Positions 53,072 through 62,791 of a stretch of DNA of 64,000 nt are shown piece by piece. The position numbers and the translations under genes are program-made. The notes under the pieces were generated by a model. The model worked only from the letters and a program-made list of their open reading frames with translations, made no database searches and was not told where the DNA came from. Position 1 is the first letter of the stretch. Each line of letters starts with the position of its first letter. Origin of the DNA: an uncultured cyanobacterium (GTDB taxonomy: Bacteria > Cyanobacteriota > Cyanobacteriia > Cyanobacteriales > Nostocaceae); NCBI GenBank assembly GCA_963706595.1, contig OY970166.1:2880001-2944000 (forward strand). Direction: 5' to 3'.

Positions 53072-54229
53072 TTAGGAATATCCAATTTCTAGCATTTTAA
53101 AAAATTCTTGGACTACCTCATCTGGATTTTCAGAACACCTAGAGGAATCAAATCTTTCCACCACCTTGATACCGTGTCTTCTAAAAATGCGTTCTCTCTC
53201 TTGTTCTTCTACTCTGCGTTCTGGGGTATGATACGGTCCATCAACTTCCAAAATTCCCCATTTACCGTTGTAACAAATTAGGAAATCAGCCTCTTTATTA
53301 GCTCTCCCATTGGGTGTATTGAGTCGAGCTAAACAGTTTGGTAAAAATAAAACTTCAGCCCTGTCTAGTGCTTCAGCAATTTTGATTTCTGTTTTTGAGC
53401 GAAATGTTAGCCTTTGCCAAGTATGAGTTTTGTAATCGGGATTAAACTGAACTCCTTGGTTATTGGCAATATTAGGAGTTTCGGGAGTTTTGCGTAAAAT
53501 TAAGTCTGTATTTTCTATGATTTTTTTGTATAAACTAGCAAATTCTCCAGGTAAAAAATTACCTTCTATCGGTCGTCGTTCTTCTGGGTTAATTCTGTCT
53601 TCTTCCTCATCATATTCACCAGATAAATAAACATATTCACAAAGTAGTTTATCTAGTTTTGTTTCACTATTAATACTCCAATCTTTTATACAAGCACCTG
53701 TCAGAGTTACGTTATAAAAATTTGTAGCGATTACTTTCGATTCATATAAAATAGTCCTACCCAGGTCAGCACTACTCAAGTCAGCCCCTCTCAGGTCAGC
53801 CCCTCTCAGGTAGGCATTACTCAGGTTAGCACTACTTAGGTCAGCCCCTCTCAGGTAGGCATTACTCAGGTTAGCACTACTCAGGTTAGCACTACTCAGG
53901 TTAGCGCCACCCAGGTCAGCACTACTCAGGTAGGCATTACTCAGGTTAGCACTACTCAGGTTAGCGCCACCCAGGTCAGCACTACTCAGGTCAGCCCCTC
54001 TTAGGTCAGCATCAAGCAGATCAGCCCTTCTCAGGTTAGCATAACTCAGGTTAGCATTACTTAAATTAGCATTACTTAGGTTAGCAAGACGCAGGTTAGC
54101 ATCAATCAGGTCAGCATAACTCAGGTCAGCATGACTCAGGTCAGCATCTACATCTGTATTTTCACTCCTCCACTTATTCCAAACTTGTACACCCTGTTTC
54201 AGTATTGCTAAATGCTCTTCAGTCGCCAT
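53072..54229 (-). CDS. pentapeptide-repeat protein with C-terminal Vsr/DUF559-like nuclease domain
   Basis: A[DN]Lxx repeats; FRSKTE...EADFLI...ILEVDGPYH. Confidence 0.85.
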   Translation of the reverse strand: MATEEHLAILKQGVQVWNKWRSENTDVDADLSHADLSYADLIDANLRLANLSNANLSNANLSYANLRRADLLDADLRGADLSSADLGGANLSSANLSNAYLSSADLGGANLSSANLSSANLSNAYLRGADLSSANLSNAYLRGADLRGADLSSADLGRTILYESKVIATNFYNVTLTGACIKDWSINSETKLDKLLCEYVYLSGEYDEEEDRINPEERRPIEGNFLPGEFASLYKKIIENTDLILRKTPETPNIANNQGVQFNPDYKTHTWQRLTFRSKTEIKIAEALDRAEVLFLPNCLARLNTPNGRANKEADFLICYNGKWGILEVDGPYHTPERRVEEQERERIFRRHGIKVVERFDSSRCSENPDEVVQEFFKMLEIGYS

Positions 54230-54504
54230 TATCGATTTTTTATACTTAAATTTCTCAATATTCGGATTTTAACCTAATACCGGGAAACAAGCTCTTGAAA
54301 GTTAGCAATGAAAAATAAAGGTTTTTAACCCGCGTAGGCGGGTTTTGTCTGTATAGCCGCGATTTCTAATCGCCAGTCAGTAATAAATCACACTTTACAA
54401 ACATCATCTTATTCAAATTCTCACATAATTTATTGACAATATTTCTTAACTGATACAAATGCTGATATTATTTATTGATATTCTCAACTTTTACCAAGCC
54501 TAAA

Positions 54505-55245
54505 ATGCTCAAACAATTACAAAATAAATCTTATGTCTTTGTCGGTGGATATCTATTGACTGCGGTCTTAGGTTTGACTGGATGTGATTCTACTCCTAGT
54601 GAACCAACAAGTGAAAACACAAACACACCTGAAACTACTGCTCAACCCGTAGCAAGTGAGGAAAAAATTAGTGCGGGAGAACAAGCCAATGCGGATTTTC
54701 AGGATAAACTCAGTGGTCAAGCCCTTCTAAATGCTTTAAAACAAGGGGGTCATGTAATTTATTTTCGCCACACCCAAACAGAAAAAGATTATGCTGACCA
54801 ACTAAAAGCGGAGATGGGTGATTGTTCAACTCAACGGATGCTGAGTGAAACAGGATGGAAACAAGCTAGAAGTATTGGGGAAGGGTTTCGCAAGTCTGCT
54901 ATTCCTTTTGATAAAGTAATTTCTAGTCAGTATTGTCGGGCTTGGCAAACAGCAGATTTAGCCTTTGGTAAATACGAGAAAAATGCTGACCTCAACTTTC
55001 CCAAGGCGGAAGACTATACCCCCGAACAAACGGCTGAGATGAAAGCCCAGCTAACACCAATGTTAACGGCTGTACCCACAACAGGAACTAATACTATCAT
55101 TGTCGGTCATGATGATTTATTTGAAGCTGCAACAGGGATTTATCCAGACCCACAGGGTATGGCTTACGTTGTTAAGCCTGATGACAAAGGTGGTTTTGAA
55201 CTGATTGCTAATATGCTTCCCGAAGAATGGGAAAAATTAGAATAA
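54505..55245 (+). CDS. histidine phosphatase family lipoprotein
   Basis: LTGC lipobox; YFRH, SSQYCRAWQTA, IVGH. Confidence 0.85.
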   Translation: MLKQLQNKSYVFVGGYLLTAVLGLTGCDSTPSEPTSENTNTPETTAQPVASEEKISAGEQANADFQDKLSGQALLNALKQGGHVIYFRHTQTEKDYADQLKAEMGDCSTQRMLSETGWKQARSIGEGFRKSAIPFDKVISSQYCRAWQTADLAFGKYEKNADLNFPKAEDYTPEQTAEMKAQLTPMLTAVPTTGTNTIIVGHDDLFEAATGIYPDPQGMAYVVKPDDKGGFELIANMLPEEWEKLE

Positions 55246-55250
55246 ATCTA

Positions 55251-55439
55251 TAGGAGTTACGCATGGACAATAAATACCAAATATGTTTAACACTAAGCAC
55301 ATATTTCGTAGGGGTTTAGCATTGCTAAACCCCTACCACACGGGTATATTTACTATCAACATAATCATTGTTCAAAGCCGGAAATTGGCTATTCTGGCAA
55401 CAGTATACCATGATTAATTTGTACAGTGCGTAAGTCCTA
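55251..55439. mobile_element. MITE-like element carrying an internal GTAG-type palindrome
   Basis: taggagttacgca / tgcgtaagtccta (1 mismatch); internal gtaggggtttagcattgctaaacccctac. Confidence 0.65.
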
Positions 55440-55644
55440 ATCTAGTATTTAACCAATCCAAAAAGAGCAGATAAAATCTGCTCTTGATGAGCGATTGAGT
55501 TTTATTTAGTAATTTGTCATAAATAATTCAAGGTTTGTAGTCAGGACTAAAGTCCTGAATTAAGGGCTATGAGCAATTACTACGAACTAAATGACAATAT
55601 TTTTAGATTGCTTCACATAGTTAGGTTTATTCTCGCCCACTTAC

Positions 55645-55917
55645 TTAATCAAAGCAATAATGTTTTTTCACGTCGCTTGTAATTTCCCATGTACAGGACA
55701 TACCAGCAGGAAAAGTGACTAAATCACCTTTACCCATCTGCACTGGTTGTCCACCATCAGGCGTAACAACGACATCACCTAACAAAAAATAACAAGTCTC
55801 TTGAGTATCATAAGTCCAGGGAAATTTGGAGATTTCTTTCTGCCAAATTTCCCATTTGAAAACACCTAACTCCTTAAGATGTTCTGCACTCGGTTGATGC
55901 TCAATTTTAATTTCCAT
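55645..55917 (-). CDS. cupin domain protein (cupin_3/DUF861-like)
   Basis: FPWTYD..ETCY...GDLVTFPAGMSCTW. Confidence 0.88.
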   Translation of the reverse strand: MEIKIEHQPSAEHLKELGVFKWEIWQKEISKFPWTYDTQETCYFLLGDVVVTPDGGQPVQMGKGDLVTFPAGMSCTWEITSDVKKHYCFD

Positions 55918-55939
55918 GCTATGTTTTCTCGGTTGGGAT

Positions 55940-56305
55940 TTAGCAGTAGGTCTGGATGTCTTCTCCACACTTATCTACTAAATAACACAATGCCCGAAAA
56001 CGCAAGCCGACAAATTGATCATAAAGTGGATTGAACTTACACAAAGCGGGAATGTGGGCTATTTTGCGACCAAATAAAATGACATCACGCTCAAAAGGAC
56101 ACTGCGCCGGAATCAATTTCGCAATCAAGTGAGCAAAGTCGCGATTTTTGATTTCGAGATTGTCTAGCTTGTTACGCAATGGTTGCAGTAAATCGAATTT
56201 AGGGCGAGTAAATTTATTTTTGCTACCTGCTTGATGCGTGGCTTCTACTTCGGCGGAGTTGATAAAAGCAGGTAGGATAATATGTTGATTATTTGTCTTA
56301 AGCAT
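55940..56305 (-). CDS. Mo-dependent nitrogenase C-terminal domain-containing protein (function unknown)
   Basis: IPAQCPFERD...HIPALCKFNPLYDQFVGLRFRALCYL. Confidence 0.85.
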   Translation of the reverse strand: MLKTNNQHIILPAFINSAEVEATHQAGSKNKFTRPKFDLLQPLRNKLDNLEIKNRDFAHLIAKLIPAQCPFERDVILFGRKIAHIPALCKFNPLYDQFVGLRFRALCYLVDKCGEDIQTYC

Positions 56306-57064
56306 AGTTCTGAGCAAGGTCTTCCTTGTATTGATAAACTATTTGCCAATTTCGAGCTTTACCATGCAATCTATGTCGGGAATTTGTTTTGTGCTGATGA
56401 ATGGAACGAGCAAAAGCACAAAGTGAGTAATTTGCATAGAATCTGCTGGTAAATAGTTCACTTAATCTATATTTAAGCTCACTAGATCACGAATAACTGT
56501 CCCGTTAAATACAAAATAACAAAGAAAATATAAATATGGCCTTCCATTAACTTATACTTATTGATTGCTGATTTTGAAAGTAGCGATCCCCTATATTTGA
56601 TTCCAGTTCATAGTTTAGAAACTGCCTAGTAGTTTGATTTATACTATTGTCGGCTAAAGCAGGTGTAACCTTGACTCCAGCTAGGCTGAATTTCTAGTTA
56701 TTGCTTAACCACAAATGATATTAGAGCCTTAGTATCAAAAAAAATGTCCTTTTTGTTACAAAACTCCTACTAGATATTATTTAATTAACCGCACAATATC
56801 CTTTGATAAGTAGAAACTAATTTAATTTAGTCAGTTTCCGCAATTATTACCATAATCGGAGTTAAAGCGCAAGTATCATTCATCACATAAAAATGGCTGG
56901 GACGGATGATCTCCAACAGCTACAAGATTTAATTTAGGCTTTGTCACCCCAAAAAAATTGTGAAGTAAAATTACAAAATTTGCCAAAATATTGAGAAATT
57001 GGCTGCAAGCCAAACATGGCTTTAACGTAGAACCTATAGGAGATACTTGAAGAAAATATAAAAA

Positions 57065-57382
57065 ATGAACAAGAATAATACTCAAAAATACCAGTTCGTC
57101 TGTACCCTCACCTTTGGTGATATCTACGGTCAAATCATTGTTTGGCTAATCACAATCACTCTCAGTTTGGCTTCTGCTTTGGCGTTGATGGGTGCTAAAC
57201 GACCTGTATATGCTTTAGCAACTGTGGGTCTGATAGTTCTGTTATCACTGCCATTTTTGCTGTTTGCATTCGTAACTACGCTATTCAATCATATTGAAGT
57301 CACCGCTATATCTCCAGGAATGAAGAGCGAACCCATACCCGGTAATATTTCCCAGCAACAACCAGTACAAGCAACTAGCTGA
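57065..57382 (+). CDS. conserved cyanobacterial small membrane protein
   Basis: CTLTFGDIYGQIIVWL, two TM segments; hairpin accctgc/gcagggt with T-run follows. Confidence 0.75.
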   Translation: MNKNNTQKYQFVCTLTFGDIYGQIIVWLITITLSLASALALMGAKRPVYALATVGLIVLLSLPFLLFAFVTTLFNHIEVTAISPGMKSEPIPGNISQQQPVQATS

Positions 57383-57637
57383 TTTAACAAAATCATCATT
57401 TTGACACCCTGCTATGAGCAGGGTATTTTTATCCGATTATTGTGTACTCATCCACTGATATTATTTTTCACGGGGTCTGGAAAATCTCGCTTCCATTCAT
57501 CGCCCTACAAAAGAGGCAGGGGAGCAGGGCGCAAGGGGGCAAGGGGAAGCAGGGAACAAGATTTACATCATATAGCAAGAATAGAGGAACTGAATATTAT
57601 GGTTATGCCTCTGATGATGACAGGAGCAAAACAATAG

Positions 57638-60600
57638 TTGAATTTTGATATTGCTCATCAAAATAGCGATGTGATTTCAGTTGACTTGAATTGGGATCAT
57701 TTAGTAGCAAAAATCGCTCTCAAGATCCGTCAATCCTTAGACCTAGCAACGATTTTACAAACCACTGCTGACGAAGTGCATCAGGTTGTTAAGTGCGATC
57801 GCGTGCTACTCTACCAATTTGACCCGGATGGTCGCGGTCAAGTGGTGGTGGAAGCCATTTCCGACCCCCAGTGGTCATTACTGGATCGGGTGGTGCATGA
57901 TGCCTGCTTTGAGTCCTGCTGGCTGGAACCCTATCAAGAAAAGCAGATCCGCGCGATCGCCGATATTACTACTGCTAACCTCACCCCTTGTCATGCGGAA
58001 TTTTTGGCGGGATTTCAGGTAAAAGCCAACTTGGTAGTTCCAATTCTGTGTGCATCCCAGCTTTGGGGCTTGCTGATTTGCCATCATTGTCAGGCTCCTC
58101 GCCCGTGGACAGAGAAAGAAATGGACGGGTTGGGGCAAATTGCTGTCCATCTGGCGATCGCCATTTATCAAGCAGACTTGGTGGCACAGTTACAAGCCGC
58201 AAAGGCAGATTTGGCAGGACAGGTAGCCACTCGCACCCAGGAACTAGAGCAGGCTAATCAGCAACTTTTAACCAAAGTGGAGGAGTGTAACGAGGTCGCC
58301 ACAGCACTGCACCAAAGGGAAACTTTTTCACGCCAGGTTCTCGATAGTTTGTTAACCTTTGTGGGGGTATTAACCTTGGATGGGGTGTTGATTGAGGCCA
58401 ACCAAGCTCCCCTGGATGTGGCTGGAATCACCCGTGAGGATGTAATTGGTAAGTTCTTTGCTGATGCCTACTGGTGGCAGTATTCAATAGATGCACAGGC
58501 AAAAATTCGGGAGGCGATCGCCCAAGCCCAACAAGGAAACTGCGTGCGGTTTGATATTCCCATACAGGTGCGGGGAGGCGATCGCATCATCATTGACTTT
58601 TCCCTCAATCCCCTGCGTGATGCTACTGGGAAAATCACTCATCTGATTCCCTCCGCCATTGATATCACCGAACGCAAACAAGCCGAAATTGCCCTGAGCC
58701 AAAGCCAAGATGAACGGTTTCAACTGGCGGCGATCGTGAAATCGTCCCAGGATGCGATTATTAGCAAAACCCTGGATGGCATGATCACTACTTGGAATCA
58801 GGCGGCAGAAAAATTATTTGGCTATACCGCCTCAGAGGCCATCGGTGAGCAGATCACGTTGCTGATACCGCCAGAGCGCCAGTCTGAAGTCGCATCGAAG
58901 TGTCAGCACATCCACCAAGGGATGTCGGTTGATACCTACGAAACCCAACGGTTACATAAGGATGGCAGCTTGGTAGATGTAGCGTTAACCATTTCCCCCA
59001 TTTGCGACGAAAATGGTGTGGTAATTGGCGCATCGAAAATTGTCAGGGATATTCGTCAACAAAAACGCCTCGAAGCGGAACGGAACGAAGCCGAACTGAA
59101 GCTGCGCCAGAGTAACGCCCAACTCGAAGATTTCTTTGAAAATGCCAGCGACCTGATCCAGAGCGTCTCGTTGCAGGATGGGCGGTTTCTCTATGTTAAT
59201 CGCGCCTGGCTCACCACTCTAGGCTACCAGCGCGATGAACTTGCCGCCTTGACTATCTTTAACCTCATTGCCCCTGAATATCTACCAGATTATCGAAGGA
59301 TATTTCAGGAATTGCAATCGGAAATAGTCCACCATGTTGAGCGATTGGAAATTGCCTTTGTGGGTAAAACAGGGCAGAGGATTCTTCTAGAAGGTGGTCT
59401 CAATGTCCGCTATGAAGCAGGGATACCCATTGCCACCCGCACCATCTTGCGGGATGTGACAGCCCAACGTCAGGTGGAAAAAACTCTCCAGGAGCAAACA
59501 ACGATTCTCCGCATCTTCTATGAGTCTTCGCCCCTGATTCTGGGAGTGGTGGAATTGTCAGACAATGACATTCTCCATACACACCATAACCCAGCCAACC
59601 TCCAGTTTTTTGGGGTTTCGCCCGCAGCCCTCGACCACAAATGGGCTAGTGAAATTGGAGTTCCACCAAAGCATATCCAACGTTGGTTGTTTCACTACCA
59701 CCAAAGCCAGGAGATGCAACAGGCGGTTCAATTTGAATATGAACATGAAACAGAGGCTCAGACTTACTGGTTGTCAACGGTAGTCCAATTTATTGGCATT
59801 GCTGACAGTGGGCGATCGCAATTTTCCTACACGGTTCAAGATATCAGTGAACGCAAACAACTGGAAATTGAACATCAGCGTGCCGAAGCTATGCAGCGTC
59901 AGGCGGAACAAGTCAGTCATGAACTTAAACTTCTAGAGAAAATCTTAGAAGTCATCCTCGCAGGCTATTGGGATTGGGATCTTCAGAGCAATCAACAATA
60001 CCTCAGCCCTGGCTTTAAACAGATGTTTGGTTACGATGATCACGAACTCTCCAATTCACCAGACACCTGGCAAAAACTGATCTTTCCAGAGGATTTAACC
60101 AGGGCATTAGTCTGTTTTGAGCAACATATTCAAAGTTATGGGGAGATTCCCTACTATAACGAAGTCAGATATCGTCACAAGGATGGTTCAACAGTTTGGG
60201 TGGTATGTTCGGGGCAGGTGATTTCGTGGGATAACGACGGCAAACCCCTGCGGATGATTGGCTGTCATATAGACATGACTGTTCGCAAACGAGCGGAAAA
60301 CAATCTCCGCAACATCAATCTGGTGATGGAAAACGCTGTAGAAGGCATTGCCTTCTTGGATGCAACTGGAAGATACATCAGCGTTAACCGCGCCTATGCT
60401 GCGATTTGCGGCTACGAACCGGATCAATTAATTGGTCAGGTATGGACGGTTACAGTTTATGCAGAGGATTTACCTGCTCTGGAATCGGCCTATCAAATCA
60501 TGCTGGAAACAGGCAAAGTCGAGGCAGAAGCTAGAGGCATACGTCAGGATGGTTCTCTGTTTTATAAGCAGGTGATCATGATTACTGATCACGATGAGCA

Positions 60601-62458
60601 GAAGGCATTTATCGGACATTACTGTTTTCTCAAAGATATTAGCGATCGCAAATACAGTGAACAGCAACTAGCCGCCAGCGAAGCCCGCTATCGCCATATC
60701 ATTGAAACCACCCTAGAAGGTGTGTGGATGCTAGATGCAGAGGGCAAAACTACCTTTGTCAATCAGAGGATGGCAGATATGCTAGGCGACACTGCGGCCC
60801 AGATGGCAGGTACTACGGTGATGGACTTCATTTCTCTGGCTGATCGCCCCCAAGCCCAAATCTATCTAGAACGGCGACAGCAGGGCATTGAGGAACAGCA
60901 TCCCTTCAAGTTTCAGCGTCAGGATGGAACTCCTCTGTGGGCGATTGTTTCAGCTACACCAATGTTAGATGAGCAAAGCAACTTCATGGGGATAACTGGC
61001 TTACTCACCGACATTACCGAACTTGTCACTATTCAAGAGGCTCTCAAATCTTCCCAGATCCAACTGACGAGTGTTTTAAATAGTTCTTTGGATGGGATTA
61101 TGGCGTTTCGGGCGGTACGCGATCGCCAGGGGATGATTATTGACTTTGAATGGTTGTTAAGTAATCCCGCCGCCTGTCAAATGGTGGGGCGCTCATCGGA
61201 ACAACTGATTGGTAAACGGTTACTGGTGGAAATGCCTGGAAACCTCAAGGAAGGACTATTTGATCAGTATGTCAATGTGGTGGAATCAGAGAAACCTTAT
61301 AAACGGGAATTCTACTACAACCATGATGGCATTGAGTCTTGGTTTGAAAATGTTGCGGTCAAACTAGAAGATGGTTTTGCTGTCACCTTCAGGGATATAA
61401 CGGCAATCAGACAATCGGAACAGGCGATTCAGCAAGTGAATCAACAACTGCAAGAACGGGTTGCCGATCTTGACCAACGCCATGCAGAAATGTTGATCTT
61501 GAGCGAAATCAGTGATTTCCTCCAAGCCTGTCTGACGGTGACAGAAGCCTGTGCAGCCCTCAGCAGTTTGGTAGAACCCCTTTTCCCTGACTGTTCCGGG
61601 GGAGTGTTCATTACCAATGCGTCTCGCAACCGTGTGGAAGTTATTTCATCTTGGGGAGATTACCTGCGATCTGCACCGGACTTTCACCCCCAGGATTGCT
61701 GGGCTTTGCGGCGGGGCAGGTTACATACTTGTCACCACCATCAATCAGGGTTACGCTGTCAGCATATCCCGGCAGATCAGGAGATCGCCACGACTCTCTG
61801 CATCCCGATGATTGCCCAGAGTGAGACTTTGGGTTTATTTTATCTGAGTACAAATAACTCTACGGCGCTACCCGATGCTAAACGGCAAATTGCTCGTACT
61901 GTTGCGGAACAGGTGGCTCTGGCGATCGCCAATCTAAATCTGCGCGAAAGCTTACAATATCAAAGCATCCGCGATCCCCTCACGGGTTTATATAATCGCC
62001 GGTATCTCGAAGAAGTTTTGACTCAAGAAATTGCCCGTGGCCAACGTCGCCAACACCCCATCGGTGTGGTGATGGTTGATGTGGATCACTTTAAGCGGTT
62101 CAATGATACCTACGGTCATGATGTGGGGGACTATGTGTTGCAAACCATTGGCGCAATTCTCAAACAGAGTGTGCGTGGGTCAGATATTCCCTGTCGCTAT
62201 GGGGGAGAAGAAATGACTCTGATTTTGCCAGAATCTTCCCTAGAGGTAACCAGCATTAAAGCAGAAGGGATTCGGGAGGCGATCGCTAAACTGACTCTTG
62301 CATATAACGGGCAGCATTTGGGCAACCTCACCATCTCACTGGGCATCGCAGGTTTCCCGAAGCACGGCACAACAGGCACATCTGTGATCCAAGCTGCTGA
62401 TGCGGCCCTCTACCGTGCCAAAGCCGCCGGACGCAATCAGGTTGTCATTGCACCTTAG
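57638..62458 (+). CDS. diguanylate cyclase with N-terminal cyanobacteriochrome GAF, multiple PAS/PAC domains and a second GAF
   Basis: HDACF...PCH in GAF1; repeated DITERK/DISDRK PAC ends; DPLTGLYNRR, DVDHFK, RGSD, GGEEM. Confidence 0.92.
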   Translation: MNFDIAHQNSDVISVDLNWDHLVAKIALKIRQSLDLATILQTTADEVHQVVKCDRVLLYQFDPDGRGQVVVEAISDPQWSLLDRVVHDACFESCWLEPYQEKQIRAIADITTANLTPCHAEFLAGFQVKANLVVPILCASQLWGLLICHHCQAPRPWTEKEMDGLGQIAVHLAIAIYQADLVAQLQAAKADLAGQVATRTQELEQANQQLLTKVEECNEVATALHQRETFSRQVLDSLLTFVGVLTLDGVLIEANQAPLDVAGITREDVIGKFFADAYWWQYSIDAQAKIREAIAQAQQGNCVRFDIPIQVRGGDRIIIDFSLNPLRDATGKITHLIPSAIDITERKQAEIALSQSQDERFQLAAIVKSSQDAIISKTLDGMITTWNQAAEKLFGYTASEAIGEQITLLIPPERQSEVASKCQHIHQGMSVDTYETQRLHKDGSLVDVALTISPICDENGVVIGASKIVRDIRQQKRLEAERNEAELKLRQSNAQLEDFFENASDLIQSVSLQDGRFLYVNRAWLTTLGYQRDELAALTIFNLIAPEYLPDYRRIFQELQSEIVHHVERLEIAFVGKTGQRILLEGGLNVRYEAGIPIATRTILRDVTAQRQVEKTLQEQTTILRIFYESSPLILGVVELSDNDILHTHHNPANLQFFGVSPAALDHKWASEIGVPPKHIQRWLFHYHQSQEMQQAVQFEYEHETEAQTYWLSTVVQFIGIADSGRSQFSYTVQDISERKQLEIEHQRAEAMQRQAEQVSHELKLLEKILEVILAGYWDWDLQSNQQYLSPGFKQMFGYDDHELSNSPDTWQKLIFPEDLTRALVCFEQHIQSYGEIPYYNEVRYRHKDGSTVWVVCSGQVISWDNDGKPLRMIGCHIDMTVRKRAENNLRNINLVMENAVEGIAFLDATGRYISVNRAYAAICGYEPDQLIGQVWTVTVYAEDLPALESAYQIMLETGKVEAEARGIRQDGSLFYKQVIMITDHDEQKAFIGHYCFLKDISDRKYSEQQLAASEARYRHIIETTLEGVWMLDAEGKTTFVNQRMADMLGDTAAQMAGTTVMDFISLADRPQAQIYLERRQQGIEEQHPFKFQRQDGTPLWAIVSATPMLDEQSNFMGITGLLTDITELVTIQEALKSSQIQLTSVLNSSLDGIMAFRAVRDRQGMIIDFEWLLSNPAACQMVGRSSEQLIGKRLLVEMPGNLKEGLFDQYVNVVESEKPYKREFYYNHDGIESWFENVAVKLEDGFAVTFRDITAIRQSEQAIQQVNQQLQERVADLDQRHAEMLILSEISDFLQACLTVTEACAALSSLVEPLFPDCSGGVFITNASRNRVEVISSWGDYLRSAPDFHPQDCWALRRGRLHTCHHHQSGLRCQHIPADQEIATTLCIPMIAQSETLGLFYLSTNNSTALPDAKRQIARTVAEQVALAIANLNLRESLQYQSIRDPLTGLYNRRYLEEVLTQEIARGQRRQHPIGVVMVDVDHFKRFNDTYGHDVGDYVLQTIGAILKQSVRGSDIPCRYGGEEMTLILPESSLEVTSIKAEGIREAIAKLTLAYNGQHLGNLTISLGIAGFPKHGTTGTSVIQAADAALYRAKAAGRNQVVIAP

Positions 62459-62589
62459 CACCTCTTTACCAGGAATTAGCGGGAGCGTGAAAGCCCCTGA
62501 GAAGCAGCAACGTAGTTGCGTACTTCGTGCTTCTCCCAAGGGGAGACGCTGCGCGAACAGACAGGGGATGAAACGCGACTCGGCAGGTT

Positions 62590-62736
62590 TTAACCTGCCG
62601 TATCTCCTTCAAGTCTTAAGCTATCAATCCAATCTTCAATCAAAGCTGTGATAGTTTTATCTTTTTGGGCAGCATATAAATAAAGCTTATTCTTTCTACG
62701 CTCAGATAAACGTATTGTTAATGTTTTTCCTTTCAT
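62590..62736 (-). CDS. small ribbon-helix-helix-like protein (48 aa; not in the ORF track)
   Basis: MKGKTLTIRLSERRKNKLYLYAAQKDKTITALIEDWIDSLRLEGDTAG; beta-strand then two helices pattern; divergent from tnpB. Confidence 0.7.
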   Translation of the reverse strand: MKGKTLTIRLSERRKNKLYLYAAQKDKTITALIEDWIDSLRLEGDTAG

Positions 62737-62791
62737 AATGCACATACATTGTTAGTATTTAGTGTTAGTATATCCCAAGGAGGTAAAAACG

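Noticed and set aside
55940..56305. Nitrogen fixation gene
   Set aside because: The domain name is historical; there are no nif structural or cofactor genes nearby.
57401..57648. Short ORFs upstream of the diguanylate cyclase
   Set aside because: They cross a terminator hairpin and a gcagggga repeat tract and resemble no family I recognise.
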